DNA of 64,000 bases, from NCBI GenBank assembly GCA_963924565.1, contig OZ004614.1, positions 18,972,001 to 19,036,000 of the forward strand. Reading direction: 5' to 3'. This document shows, one piece after another, positions 27,368-42,524 of the stretch. Below the pieces are notes generated by a model that saw only the letters and a program-made list of their open reading frames with translations, was not told where the DNA came from and searched no databases. Position 1 is the stretch's first letter. Each line of letters begins with the position of its first letter. Made by a program: the position numbers and the translations under genes. This DNA is from Ascidiella aspersa (taxonomy: Eukaryota).

Positions 27368-29306
27368 TGCTAGATCAAACATCAAAGATAACTCGAGGCG
27401 TGGAATTTTCGACCTGGGTTTTAACAGCCGCACTGCGTTATATAATCCTATGTTAGCAACGGATATAAAGATAGTACGGCTGAGCACCTCGTAAATTCCT
27501 CGTTAAGGTGCGTGCAAAGTCGAGTGAGCAGAAGTGCAGTTCGGGCTCAGCGTAGGCTTGTTAAACCGCCTTGGCTGTAAAAACACAGCGAGAAGGCCTC
27601 AAAGTGGGCCATGTGGGTTATGCGGTTGCATTCTAAGCGTGGCTTGGGTATCATTGATTAATCCATCATCACAGCTTGGTTGGTCGGATATTCATTGCTG
27701 TTGCCAAACAAATACTTCTGAACATCTTTTTGATATTTTCTATGTTTTACATACAGCTTCTAACGTTTTGGGTTTAATAGTAGCTCATATATTCGTAAAC
27801 TGAACGACACAGCACAATAGAAAATATATTTGCAGCCCATGTTTTTAACTGACATACCTGGGCAAACATAATTTAAATACAACTGAGGAGCAAACTATAT
27901 AGCTTTAGATCTATTCTCTTTGCCAATAAGCGCAATTTTCTGGTTTATTTAATTTTATCTTCTATCCGTGATTATATCTTTGAATATTCTGATGAACTGT
28001 CAGGCCTCGCGTCTTTCTGCTTCGTGCATTCAAAACGTTTATTTTGCAAAATATAAACTAGTTTTCCAAAAAAAAAATTCCTTAAAAAAAAAAAACACGT
28101 AAATGTTTTGTAACGTATGGAGGCGCGAGCACTAATGCAATGTTTTACTTTTCGTAATGTGTTTGGCGTCATGCGAAGTTGTTATTTCTGCTTTTAAGCT
28201 TTTTTAAGCTCTCCTTCTCCAAACTGCCAGGTGAAACCTCGTATATTTACTGCAAAATGTGGTTATGGATTTGCGATTTGCAAGTTTCTGAGCTTGAAAT
28301 TTGATTAGTTTCTTAGTGTTTTGTTAACTTTCAGTTATATTTGGTACTTTTTACGTTCGTTTGGACTATGTTTAAACAAAACAATTTGGTAAAAGTTGAT
28401 CGAGATTCAGGTTTTACACAAGGGCTGTACACCGGACCGTCGTGTCCTTTTTAAAACTATATGTTTTGCTAACTTTAATAATGCAACTGCAATATTCGCG
28501 CGAACCTTCGACTTTCTATTTTTGCCCCCTCCTTTTTTGTAGACATATTTTTAATTTGAAATCTCTTTAAAATTTAGTATAATTCATTGAATACCGGGTT
28601 TATTCAAATAACAATTTTTGCAAACTCTGATAGACATTTTGTTACAACGCTTCTTAAAAATATTTATTTTAATTTTATTTGATAACAGACTCGCGCAGCC
28701 TGAATTGGGATTTTTATCCGTACGCAAATCAAAAACAGTCTTTGAAAAATGACCATACAGAAACACAGTTTATTTTATGATGTTCTTCGCATTTTTTTGC
28801 TTGGTTGGAATGTCCTCGTAACATGTGTTTCAAATTCTGATATACTTATCGGGAGCGCAAGACACAAGAGAATTACAAAGGGGATCGATAGAGCAAAAGG
28901 TTAAAAACCACTGCGTTAGACAAATGCAATTTCCCGATGACATCCTAATCTGTCGTTCGTTTTTGTAATTTCTAAAATCGACATTTATGTATAGGATGAA
29001 AACTTACTTTAAAGTCGTGTTTTTATCACTTTGAAGTCTTGTTTTTATCACCGTAATATCGGCAGTGTAAGATTGGCATCAGATTTCGACTTTGATCCGA
29101 TATTATCGTCCAACACCAGTAAACCTAATTAGCTTGTTCCTATTTTAAGTTTTTTTCATTTAATTTATAAATGATATCCACCTCTCCAATTTCCTTGACA
29201 AGAAGTTAAGTACGTTTTCAAAGATAACAATTACACCCATCGTTTTAATTTGTTTGGCAAAGTGCACGGTTGAAATTCATTACAGTGACGGAGCAAAAAC
29301 TAAATA

Positions 29307-30491
29307 ATGGAAATTCCTTGCCGAATAATTTTATTTGTTTTACTTGTGGCCACGTGCATGTCAATAAGTGAAGGTAAGTTTTTATTGCCTTATCTGTGAA
29401 AGTTTTTTAAAGTCAATAAAGTATTTTAACACTGTGGCTTAATATTTCCAAACTTGTTGGAAGATCAGGTGCTGTGTGGAAAAATAAATTGCTGCGCCGC
29501 AATTGGTTTTGTGTGAACTCATGCTTTACATCTTGGTTTGAGGTAGGCGACATCAACGAGGCAGATTTGTTATTCGGTGCATTCAAACCTACTGCAGTAG
29601 AACATGGCTATCATCGGGTTATACTTGCCAATACGCCAGACGTAAGGACGTTTGATTTACTTTGTATATACGTTGTTTAACAAACGTTTTCAACACCAAG
29701 TTGTTGGCAGTAATGTCAGTGATAGAATAGAGTAGACGTTAAATGAATTGCCAAAATAATTTCTCTCTCTATAACTTTGCATGTTGCTACAAGCCTACAG
29801 CAGCAAACCAATCCTGTTGAATGACTTGACCTAAGTGCACTTAGGTTACTAAATAAGCTTCTAAATAAGTTTGCTTAACTTAAATCTTTTGGACAGATGA
29901 CGTGAGTTTAACTGATTTATCTTTGTCAATCAGTTTTTTATTTGATAAATTAAGGTAATTATTCTAATTTTGCACATAATAAAATTGGCTTTCTGTATGC
30001 TGCGTTTTTTCTTTATTTTTTAGTTTTTTTTTTTTTGCAGTTGTTTTTTACGTAAAGTTTAATTATTAACAGTTGTTAATCTACTTTTTAATCAATTTAG
30101 ATTTTAGGATCGAATCGCTACGTTAAATCGGAAATCATGGCACAAATGCCATATTTGAGATCGGCACTGATACCACATTAGTATCGGACGAGTAACGATA
30201 GTACCACTTGGCATTGAAAGCAGGTTCGATCCAATATTATCGAGCATTTCTACTCGAAAATGGATGTGGCATACATTTTTGATAAAACCTTTCAACAGAT
30301 TAAAATAATTCGCCGTTGATCCAAAAAAACATTCAGTCAGGTTATTGCGAACTCGTATTAATCTTATCCACCAGGTGCTGAGCAAATTTTATGTTTTTGC
30401 AGATCCTGTTCCCTGCTTTCACTGCCAGTACTTTGTGTGCAGACGTGTTAAATCGTGTCAATCGATTTTTCGCCATCGTTTCTTCTGCTGA
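29307..30491 (+). CDS. Secreted cationic 8-Cys peptide, copy B (84 aa)
   Basis: Exons 29307-29373, 29543-29641, 30403-30491. MEIPCRIILFVLLVATCMSISEG-RRHQRGRFVIRCIQTYCSRTWLSSGYTCQYARHPVPCFHCQYFVCRRVKSCQSIFRHRFFC*. ORF intact, but the exon-2 acceptor is GAG and the ~167-bp TATA-containing segment of copy A is missing, so expression is uncertain. Confidence 0.78.
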
Positions 30492-33400
30492 ATTCATCTG
30501 CTACCACAGGCTGCTTAATCCGCAAGCCATTTCAGCTCCTGTACCAAAGAGTTTTTTTCACACTTTACCCAACATTGATACAAAACAGTTAATAACTTAA
30601 CCAGCAATCTGCGTATAACGATCGTTTTAATCAAAGATCGCTTGTCACCAACTTTTTGCCAGCAAGTTCTTTCTTTTGCGCCCTTGATTTGTAAATAAAA
30701 TTTCCAAATACAAAATTTTAACTTTTAGCAATAGACATTGCCTTTTTTGTAAAATCAGCGTAAGTGCAGTCAATTTGCTTGAACGTGTATCACAAGGGTG
30801 GAATATATATCTTCATTTGTCTTGTCGTAAAAATAAAAAAGGTTATACCGATAATTCATTCAAACAGCGAAATAATATCATTTTCCACATTACCGTACAA
30901 TATCTATCCATGAGGGTGGAAATGTAGTTTATCTAATAAGGTTTTGATGCAAAGTTCCAATTAAGACGTTGGGGGTTCCCAACCTTTTTTACATCTTAGC
31001 CCCCTATGAAAAATTTGAGGAATCAATGCCCCCATATTTTTCTAAACGTTTTAAAAAAATAAGAAACTTCATTTTAAATGATAATACTGTTAACCTGTAG
31101 TTAGTTTAGAATAATAAAATGATATAAATACAACACCAGGGACGTGCAGTCAGGGGAAGCAGGTGAGACACTGCCTCACTTGTCAACATCTGGCAAAGCA
31201 AAAGATCAAGCAAAAGTTATATCAGTTATATTTAGGTTTCTATACCTAAATCGTGCTTTATTTTTCTTCTATTTCTGTTGCGTTATTCATATCAAGCGTT
31301 CACGCGGTCAAAATCATTAAAATACGCGAAGAGAGGCAACGCCAAACCGTGACTCTCTTCACAAAAGTGCCATACACTGCATTATGCGTGCCTTTTTGTT
31401 TCGCAAATTCTCTCGGAAAACATGATGAACGATTTAGCTATGTTTTGAGGCATGCCTCAATTGTGAGTTGTGACGTCCAAGCTATAAAACTTTTCTTCGT
31501 CCAGCTTGAATGCCCGCATCCATAGTACGTGTACATTGACTTCTTGCAGTGTAAGCTCTAAAGTTAAGGTCATAATTAAAGGCAGACCTGATGCAAATTT
31601 AAAAGTTTTGCATCAGACGACTGGACAAAAAAATAACACACAACTTAAGAGATTGGTAAAAAAGAAGTGGATGTGTGGCTGTCACAGGCGTAGCCAGGGG
31701 GCCATGGCCACCCAAAAATTTATAAATATTGTACTCTTAAAAATAATTTGTTTTGTAGCTTTTATGAGCAGTAGTCTATCACAACAGTCGACCACAGGCA
31801 TGCCACACCTTCGATTGTCATTGACAGTTACGTCATAAATGATGTAGTCATTGTTACGTTTGCTATATTAATGTAATTTTACTACTTTTTTTCCATTTTT
31901 TTTGCTCTCTGAATGGTTTTTGAGTGTTTTTTTTTAATTTTCAATAGTACGATACCGATTTTGTGGTTGTTAAAAAAAACTGGACTCGAAAAATTTTGTG
32001 CCTCACCATCTAGAAACCTCACCGCATCCTCACCGCACGTCACACAATAAACATGATGGTACATTATTTATTTATTACTAGGGCGATATTTTGTTACTTT
32101 TTTCAAGTCAAAGTCGATCAAATATGCACACAAATCGTTTACAAAAGAAAAAAACTCTAGTAAGATTTTTAAAACAGTCGTTCAATTAAAATTATATCGT
32201 AAAAAATAGCTTTGAGTATTATATTCAACGACATTTTAACTGTATTATGTCTTCTTAATATAGGGTATACGAGCTTGCAGAATTACCCAGGCCTAGTTTA
32301 TCGCATTGGGCTCACCTCGAACTTCGTTTTGCATTACAGTTTGTTTATCTGATTTGGACAAACTTATTGAACAATATCTGTTGTCTTTTTCACTTGTGAA
32401 TTGCAATTATCCAATTTCCTATTTAGACAGGGGTCCACAGTAATTTTATGGAATAATTTTTATGTTGTGTTTCAACTGTTAACACAATATTTTTCTACAA
32501 CAATCAGCGTTTAGTTTGTTTGTATTTTTCAAATGACGAAAATAATAACTAAGCATTTTCACGAGTTTTGCTTAAACGCGAAAGTGTAACTGATTTGCAA
32601 TCGCCCATTGTCAGTAAAGCATCTATAAAACGTGTGGTTGACGATGCCAAGACACGAATGGAGTACTTAAAACAACAATATGGGGTTTAAATCAAATGTA
32701 GTTCTTATCTAAAAGGTTAAAATTTGGTCAAAAAATATATTTTTTGGTCAAAATGTCTTACAAATTCAGTTAATGTTATGGTTGAACTTGTTTTTGCTCT
32801 GACAATGTCCTAATTGAGGGCTTAATGGTGGAAAAACCCAGCCGCATGTCATACTAACTATCCAACACATTGCGCTGCTTCGTCTTCAGAAGTAACATTG
32901 TTGAAAACCCATATTCATAACGATATGTTGATGGAAAAGGCAGCAGCAATGGCATGACAATATCATTAGGCTTACTGTCCTTGTCAAAGCTAAATCGGGT
33001 TGTCGTCTTTATTGCGGCCTTTTGGTTCGTTAAATTTTATTTATTTTTTTGTTATAGTGGAGACTTAGAGATATTAAACTGAAAAAATGTATTTTTAACT
33101 TTTTTTATGGGGCCCCTTGAAAAAGGCTCATGGGCCCCTAGGGAACCATGGCCCTCAGGATGTTTTAGTGTTATGTTGTTTCAACAAAGTAAGCAATTCA
33201 AAGTTGTTTATAATTTGCGTTTGTTTGTATATTATATGTTACATAATTAATGCTCTTATTTCAGTTAGATTTTTTGGGAAAATCTAGACAAATTAACTGG
33301 GCGTTAATACGTTAAACTATATGTGCCATAAAACTACTCGCCGAAGTATTGGTTGCGTTGGCCTAAAACTGTACACGCCTGCATTAATATGTATAAAACG

Positions 33401-36400
33401 AGAAATTAGTAAGGTACATCTGCGCATAGCTGTTGTAGTTTATATATAACCTACATCAATGTTATCCAAATATTTAACAATTCTTTTTACTTCAGGGGCC
33501 AATGTTTCATGCTGGATCTGCAGCTAACTCTAGGCGATCTCTGCCTAATAAAACACACTAGTTATACAAATATCTAAATTTAATATATAAGTTATTATTT
33601 TAAAAGCAACGCCCTAGCTGACAATTAAAGCGCAGTGCTCCAGTATTACTTAAAAGTTACTTAATTATGGGCGGATCCGGGACACGGCCAGAAACAACTC
33701 AGATATAACGTCATAATTTGACGTCACAAAAGAAATCGAAATAAACCTGGTGTTCTTGAGCAAACTTTATGAAACAGAAGACGAGTCCAAATCATGCCCC
33801 TATTTGATGTTAATAGGCCCGACATGTAATCTCGGAAACTTAAAATAACATTTCCGTTAACAAGTTTCAAAATACAAAAAAAAATCGTGTAAAGTCGCGC
33901 CGAAAAAAGAAAATTACTCAGCAAAACCTAGAAAAATGCAAGAAAATAAAAAAATTAATAAAGTTAAATAATTATCAAAAAATAAACTTGTAGAGGGTGG
34001 TGGTTGATACCCAGGTACTCCCATACACCAGCCTATGGTGTATAATTAAAAAATGACTATACTCTTGTAGGAGTGAAACAAAAGAGGAACAAATGCAGTA
34101 ATGTGTGTGATTTAAAATTGTATTTGGAGCGCATTGGCGTGGGTGGTGTCCTATTTATGATTTAATTGAAAGCGATTTTGACGTTGCAATTTGTGCGCCA
34201 CGGGCAATTGAAGGCTAGCAAATTGAAGGCTAGCTGGAATTGATTGATTTCACAGCTGCAGAGTAACGCCATCATGCGTACAACGTGCAAAAAACAGCAG
34301 CTTCGTTTCGGAGTAAGTAAACCTCGGGACGTTACCTGTTGTTCTGTCCTGCTCTGCAATTCGACTTTTTTACATAGAAACTAAAGAATAGGTGCAACGA
34401 ATATTCCTAGGATTGTCAAATTGCATTTGTAACGGAAACACTATAAGACAGGGGTGTCAAATGAGTTCTGCCATTATCCACCACAGCCAAACCCGACAAC
34501 ATGATGATCCACCAAATGCGAATAGTAAACATATTGGACACGCTTGAATTTTTATGGTGCTTTATTTATGTAAAGGTACCCTACAACATATTGTTAACTT
34601 TGTAAAAGTCAAAGGGAAGTGTGCTACAGCACCAAGATTGTTTCAGTGAGAAAAATGATGAGTTGGTTAAGACCAGGGGCCGGCAACCTTTTTCTAGTCG
34701 CGGTTCAACACCAAACTCAGAAAGGTCTTTGTGGGCCGCACAAAATGTTAACTCAGAATTGTGTTATTAAAATGTTAGAACAACTTTTAATCAGGCGGAC
34801 CTCGGATCTTTTGGAGGCAGTAAAGTGTTGGCGCAAAGCGAGAGAAAAGGCGTTGTTTGGTTTAAAATTCGAGCCCAAACTTCGTCATCCTTACTAATAA
34901 TTAAAAGTGTAATAAAACTTCTTTGAAGAAACGCGATAACTTTAATAGTTAATCTTTGTTTAGTGTTTGCTAACCTTGAAGTCAGGGCGCACGTGGCGAG
35001 CGAGCGAGCGCGAATTTTTCTTAGGTATACCGGCATTTCTTTTAAATTTCTTGCAAGTTTTTATTACATTGCCGAAAATACAAAATGTTTAAAAATATAT
35101 GTCCAATATTTTTTATTGCTATTTCCATTAACGGTAACGAAACGCTGATCTATTTCAAAGGACCGCATCAAAACGTAAACAAGCCGGACGAAGAAAGATG
35201 ATTCGCGCGAAGCGGGGAAATTTTTTAAACTTACGTAGTTAAAATAGTCAAAAAGTATTTAAAATGGACTCGTATCTAGTTTGGAGGGGGAGCGGTGGGC
35301 CGCATGAATGACATTAGCGGGGCGCATCCGGCCGGGAGGCTGTAGGTTGCCGATCGACCCATGTTTCAAACTTTAGGTCGCTGATCGATATCCTCAAACG
35401 CTCACATTAGTATTTGGGAGTCTCGTTTTAAATTTGATTTTTTTGCAAAATCCATCAACACTGATAATTGGTATATATTTATTTTTTCAAGACTACATTA
35501 GTAGATCCGAACAAAACGCTGAGATCCGGAACCGGATCGCGATCAGCCATTTGAACATGACCGCTATAAGAGATTATTATAAGGAAGAAAACGCGAAAAC
35601 CTAAAATAAAAGCATTAGAATAACATCAGAAACAAGAGATTACCACTCAACAGGCAGAACGTGCTGCCTCGAATTGTAATTCACATATTTTGATTCTTTT
35701 CTCGCAGTGTTGCTTTGTATCTGAGCTTGTTTGATTCGCCTTTGCATTGCATGAGAATATAAAGCACAACCTCTAGACACCGCGTATTGCTTCATGGCGT
35801 TACACCTGACAACTGTTGTGAGAGACGTCATAAAGCACCATCCATGTTGTCTAACCGTACGGTGGCACGCTACAACTAGGTCAAAAAATACTTTCTTCTG
35901 CGGATATCGGGTATTATCTATCTATGAAAGTTTTGACAACCTGCAATGATATTTCGTGAAAAAAAAAATTTTTTTTTATTAACATAAATGAAAAGTTTTT
36001 TTCTATTAACATTTTAATTCATTTGCTGTCGCGAATTTCAAGCTGAAAGACGTGTCCATTGTAATCAACAGGAATCGATAATGACACGATGACCTGCTAA
36101 ATGTTCGTGCTGCTGTTTTTTGTACTGTAGCCTAGATTTTTTGGTAAGTTTGTATGAATTTTGTGGTATCTCCGCAGGAAACATTTTTTAAATTTATTTA
36201 TTCACTGAGTATTAAAAGTAACCGTTTGCAAAACAACTGAATTTTATTCTATTAAATGTTCATTATTTGCGATAAATTTATTATTCATTTGCTCACAATA
36301 GACTATTTCGTTAATTCATAAACCCTTTTTATGGAAAGTTAAGCTTAAGCTTAAAGCTGCTTATAAACAGCGAATTATGAACCGCGGGGAAATGGATTTA

Positions 36401-36560
36401 TAAGATCGTAAATCTGAGGTTTTTGTGACAACGTTCCTTCGCAGAGTTTCGCTTTCTTTAAATTTGGTAATATTTATTAGATTACGCAATCATTTACGAC
36501 TGTATCTTTACGTAACACCTTTTGAACACGAACGTTTGCCAATAAGTAAGTTGCTTATTA

Positions 36561-36887
36561 CTCGATGCGTACCCAAGATCTTGGTACGATGAGAAATCTC
36601 AAGATGTTTCCGACAGAGCTTGGTACGATTCTAAGTCACTCGATCCGTACCCAAGATCTTGGTACGATGATAAATCTCAAGATGTTTCCGACAGAGCTTG
36701 GTACGATTCTAAGTCACTCGATGCGTACCCAAGATCTTGGTACGATGACAAATCTCAAGATGTTTCCGACAGAGCTTGGTACGATTCTAAGTCACTCGAT
36801 GCGCATCCAAGATCTTGGTACGATACCACATCATCTAATGCATATATCCGGTCGTGGTATGATACAGGAAAGGATATCGGCAACTAA
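36561..36887 (+). pseudogene. 5'-truncated WYD-repeat gene copy (8 units)
   Basis: Same junction (gttgcttatta|ctcgatgcg) as the 24441 copy, one 78-bp dimer shorter, no start codon or signal peptide in the WYD frame. Confidence 0.85.
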
Positions 36888-37995
36888 TTTCGTAAGGAAC
36901 TGTATATATTTTGATGAAAGAATAGTTTTACAATTTTGATGCATAATTTAAATTGTGTTATTTTTAGATTACCGCTCAACCTGGAGTGTTGTTTGCTCGA
37001 GTGGAAATCTTTGTACATTTCTATATAACCAAGAACATTTCTATATAACCAAGAGCTTTTGAATTTTCAGTAATAAAATAAATGCATTTATCCTGGGAGG
37101 TTCTGTATCAATCTTCTCTAGGTTTTCACCGGACCATAAAAACTAACCTACAAAACAGTTTTAAATAGACAAAACAGTTCATACTAAGATAATTCAAAGG
37201 CTGGTAAAAGTTTTGAGAAGGGACACAGTCACACAAAAGCACAAAATATTTTATATTTGAAACAAACGCTTACATAAATAGCTAACATTAACTAAACCAT
37301 TATTCTCTTATGGTTGATTTTAAGCCTTTAATTAAAATCTGGGCATTTTCCCTCCGATTAATATTGTAATTGGAACGTTTTTTTGCAGATCCTATAATAT
37401 AGGGAATAAGGCTGTTAAAAATATTTGACGTTAATTCCTTGTCGAAAAGTTCGCCGCCTTTGTGAATGCAATGAACAATAGCATTTCTGTCGTATATATT
37501 GCAGAATGTGTCGTAGGATTTTGAACAAAATTATCACAACTATGCAAATCCTATTTAATCGTGCAGCGCGACGAAATTGAAATTCTGGGGCAAAACAATT
37601 TAATGGCGATATGAACAGTTGATATTAACGTCTATAATACGTGGCTTCAGAAAACGTAATCGAGAATGGTACAGCATACTAATTATAAAACAATGATTAG
37701 GTGGCCACAGCTTTAAAATACGGTAATCTGGGATGATCCCGCACAATATTACAGTTATAACCACTGTAATAAATACTTTACATATTTCATACCACGTTAA
37801 AGACGACATTAGATTAAAACTGTTAGATACCCTAACGAACCAGGGGAACGCCGGGCATTTCTTCTAGTATAATATCTCCAAAATAAATCAAACATTACAC
37901 AGTAATACAAATTTCAAACTGCCTCCATAGCACAAATACCAAAACACCGCCAAAAGAAATTCATTTTTTTCTTTGTAAATTCGGTTATGCTAGAT

Positions 37996-39402
37996 CAGGG
38001 GTTCCTAACCTTTTTTGTATGTTTTACCCCTTTAACAAAGATAAATATCAGATTTACCCCCCATTATATAAAATAGTTCTCATCTATGCGAAAAAGGAAA
38101 GTAACAAATTACATCAGGTATAATCAATGCGACGGGTTCCCTTGCGTTTGGCAACGAGTTGTTGTCAAAACATTCCAGTTTGGTCTATTTTTTCATTTCA
38201 GAATGGACAGTTTTGACTAAGAAACGCTAGTTTTTGCTCATCATAATTGGATGAGAATTTGCTAGGTGCCTTTTCAAAGGAGCCGATTTCATTGTAATGT
38301 TTAAAAATGTTTCCACCCACGAGACACACTGAGGAACTTAAAGACCATTCTCAATAAAATATGTAAATCTAAAATTAAAACAATTTTTCTGATACTTTCT
38401 CTTCTTTAGGGAAACGCCATTTTTAAGATTGCATTTTTTGTTACTTTTACAGACTATAATAATCAGTCAATGAGTTCTTTAAAGCCTTAATCATTGGACT
38501 AAAAAGATCAACAATAAACTAACTTGGCCAGTTAAGCCGTACCCAGTGACAAAATTAGGCAATCACATGTATAACCAGCACTGAAATTTCAAAAACTGTA
38601 TCGGAACTTTCAAAACTGCTCGCAGACACGTTCTCCAGTGGTCTCCAATCTTTGAAATAAGCGACCCCAATTTAAATAAGATGTAATCAGAATTTACATT
38701 GCGACCCCATTTTGGAGACAATTATAGGCAATGTTAAAACAAGTGCTAGAATGCAGCAGAACGGGCACCTACTTCGCCGGGGAGTGAAGTGAAAAATTTT
38801 TTTAGCGATAAGTCTCTTCGCCTGTTTGTGTTTCTAAGTGGATATGCTTTCTAATTTGGCCTGTGGAATGCAACCTCAGAAAACGCGGATGTTTTACTAG
38901 AAATCAACAGCATTTGTTATGATGTTACAAATGAGGGACGATTTTAAACATAAACTAAATACATAAATCGTACTAAAACATTACGAATATGGTGAGTTAT
39001 GGCGACCCCACAAAAATTTTAGGCGACCTCTTGAGATCGCGACCCACAGGTTGGAGACCACTGCCTTAATCTATGACGTGACTGCCGAAGAACCTGATTT
39101 ATTCAAACAGTAAATGACGTATTAAAGAAGTAACTGAAAGATAAGGATATTTTCACGAAACTAAAAAAATGATCAATTAGCGAAGCATAACGTTATCGAT
39201 ACAAGGCGATAAAAAATCAATAGGGTACTATAGGCTAGCTTCAAACAAGCAGTTGTAGGAAACTGTGCTACCAATACCTTCAGCTGGCAATATTTTTCTG
39301 TCTCGTCAGCTGATGTGGATATTTTGATTGATAGTTAATTTACCCCCTAAAGTGAGGAAATTTACCTCCAGGGGTAAATTTACCCCCGGTTAAGAAAGGC
39401 TG
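37996..39402. mobile_element. Duplicated copy of the hAT-type element at 25961
   Basis: Same ends and TGCTAGAT TSD within unit B. Confidence 0.85.
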
Positions 39403-41340
39403 TGCTAGATCAAACATCAAAGATAACTCGAGGCGTGGAATTTTCGACCTGGGTTTTAACAGCCGCACTGCGTTATATAATCCTATGTTAGCAACGGATA
39501 TAAAGATAGTACGGCTGAGCACCTCGTAAATTCCTCGTTAAGGTGCGTGCAAAGTCGAGTGAGCAGAAGTGCAGTTCGGGCTCAGCGTAGGCTTGTTAAA
39601 CCGCCTTGGCTGTAAAAACACAGCGAGAAGGCCTCAAAGTGGGCCATGTGGGTTATGCGGTTGCATTCTAAGCGTGGCTTGGGTATCATTGATTAATCCA
39701 TCATCACAGCTTGGTTGGTCGGATATTCATTGCTGTTGCCAAACAAATACTTCTGAACATCTTTTTGATATTTTCTATGTTTTACATACAGCTTCTAACG
39801 TTTTGGGTTTAATAGTAGCTCATATATTCGTAAACTGAACGACACAGCACAATAGAAAATATATTTGCAGCCCATGTTTTTAACTGACATACCTGGGCAA
39901 ACATAATTTAAATACAACTGAGGAGCAAACTATATAGCTTTAGATCTATTCTCTTTGCCAATAAGCGCAATTTTCTGGTTCATTTAATTTTATCTTCTAT
40001 CCGTGATTATATCTTTGAATATTCTGATGAACTGTCAGGCCTCGCGTCTTTCTGCTTCGTGCATTCAAAACGTTTATTTTGCAAAATATAAACTAGTTTT
40101 CCAAAAAAAAAATTCCTTAAAAAAAAAAACACGTAAATGTTTTGTAACGTATGGAGGCGCGAGCACTAATGCAATGTTTTACTTTTCGTAATGTGTTTGG
40201 CGTCATGCGAAGTTGTTATTTCTGCTTTTAAGCTTTTTTAAGCTCTCCTTCTCCAAACTGCCAGGTGAAACCTCGTATATTTACTGCAAAATGTGGTTAT
40301 GGATTTGCGATTTGCAAGTTTCTGAGCTTGAAATTTGATTAGTTTCTTAGTGTTTTGTTAACTTTCAGTTATATTTGGTACTTTTTACGTTCGTTTGGAC
40401 TATGTTTAAACAAAACAATTTGGTAAAAGTTGATCGAGATTCAGGTTTTACACAAGGGCTGTACACCGGACCGTCGTGTCCTTTTTAAAACTATATGTTT
40501 TGCTAACTTTAATAATGCAACTGCAATATTCGCGCGAACCTTCGACTTTCTATTTTTGCCCCCTCCTTTTTTGTAGACATATTTTTAATTTGAAATCTCT
40601 TTAAAATTTAGTATAATTCATTGAATACCGGGTTTATTCAAATAACAATTTTTGCAAACTCTGATAGACATTTTGTTACAACGCTTCTTAAAAATATTTA
40701 TTTTAATTTTATTTGATAACAGACTCGCGCAGCCTGAATTGGGATTTTTATCCGTACGCAAATCAAAAACAGTCTTTGAAAAATGACCATACAGAAACAC
40801 AGTTTATTTTATGATGTTCTTCGCATTTTTTTGCTTGGTTGGAATGTCCTCGTAACATGTGTTTCAAATTCTGATATACTTATCGGGAGCGCAAGACACA
40901 AGAGAATTACAAAGGGGATCGATAGAGCAAAAGGTTAAAAACCACTGCGTTAGACAAATGCAATTTCCCGATGACATCCTAATCTGTCGTTCGTTTTTGT
41001 AATTTCTAAAATCGACATTTATGTATAGGATGAAAACTTACTTTAAAGTCGTGTTTTTATCACTTTGAAGTCTTGTTTTTATCACCGTAATATCGGCAGT
41101 GTAAGATTGGCATCAGATTTCGACTTTGATCCGATATTATCGTCCAACACCAGTAAACCTAATTAGCTTGTTCCTATTTTAAGTTTTTTTCATTTAATTT
41201 ATAAATGATATCCACCTCTCCAATTTCCTTGACAAGAAGTTAAGTACGTTTTCAAAGATAACAATTACACCCATCGTTTTAATTTGTTTGGCAAAGTGCA
41301 CGGTTGAAATTCATTACAGTGACGGAGCAAAAACTAAATA

Positions 41341-42524
41341 ATGGAAATTCCTTGCCGAATAATTTTATTTGTTTTACTTGTGGCCACGTGCATGTCAATA
41401 AGTGAAGGTAAGTTTTTATTGCCTTATCTGTGAAAGTTTTTTAAAGTCAATAAAGTATTTTAACACTGTGGCTTAATATTTCCAAACTTGTTGGAAGATC
41501 AGGTGCTGTGTGGAAAAATAAATTGCTGCGCCGCAATTGGTTTTGTGTGAACTCATGCTTTACATCTTGGTTTGAGGTAGGCGACATCAACGAGGCAGAT
41601 TTGTTATTCGGTGCATTCAAACCTACTGCAGTAGAACATGGCTATCATCGGGTTATACTTGCCAATACGCCAGACGTAAGGACGTTTGATTTACTTTGTA
41701 TATACGTTGTTTAACAAACGTTTTCAACACCAAGTTGTTGGCAGTAATGTCAGTGATAGAATAGAGTAGACGTTAAATGAATTGCCAAAATAATTTCTCT
41801 CTCTATAACTTTGCATGTTGCTACAAGCCTACAGCAGCAAACCAATCCTGTTGAATGACTTGACCTAAGTGCACTTAGGTTACTAAATAAGCTTCTAAAT
41901 AAGTTTGCTTAACTTAAATCTTTTGGACAGATGACGTGAGTTTAACTGATTTATCTTTGTCAATCAGTTTTTTATTTGATAAATTAAGGTAATTATTCTA
42001 ATTTTGCACATAATAAAATTGGCTTTCTGTATGCTGCGTTTTTTCTTTATTTTTTAGTTTTTTTTTTTTGCAGTTGTTTTTTACGTAAAGTTTAATTATT
42101 AACAGTTGTTAATCTACTTTTTAATCAATTTAGATTTTAGGATCGAATCGCTACGTTAAATCGGAAATCATGGCACAAATGCCATATTTGAGATCGGCAC
42201 TGATACCACATTAGTATCGGACGAGTAACGATAGTACCACTTGGCATTGAAAGCAGGTTCGATCCAATATTATCGAGCATTTCTACTCGAAAATGGATGT
42301 GGCATACATTTTTGATAAAACCTTTCAACAGATTAAAATAATTCGCCGTTGATCCAAAAAAACATTCAGTCAGGTTATTGCGAACTCGTATTAATCTTAT
42401 CCACCAGGTGCTGAGCAAATTTTATGTTTTTGCAGATCCTGTTCCCTGCTTTCACTGCCAGTACTTTGTGTGCAGACGTGTTAAATCGTGTCAATCGATT
42501 TTTCGCCATCGTTTCTTCTGCTGA
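41341..42524 (+). CDS. Secreted cationic 8-Cys peptide, copy C (84 aa, same peptide as B)
   Basis: Exons 41341-41407, 41577-41675, 42436-42524; coding sequence matches copy B, with the same GAG acceptor and upstream deletion. Confidence 0.78.

Larger units (their letters stand above)
14192..28004 (+). repeat. Tandem segmental duplication unit A
   Basis: Begins cctcgcgtctttctgcttc, which recurs at 28005 and 40040. Left part visibly diverged from B/C; from ~21.7 kb nearly identical to B. Confidence 0.93.
28005..40039 (+). repeat. Tandem segmental duplication unit B (12,035 bp)
   Basis: The junction gatgaact-gtcagg-cctcgcg is identical at both ends. Left half is near-identical to C and right half near-identical to A. 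Confidence 0.93.
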
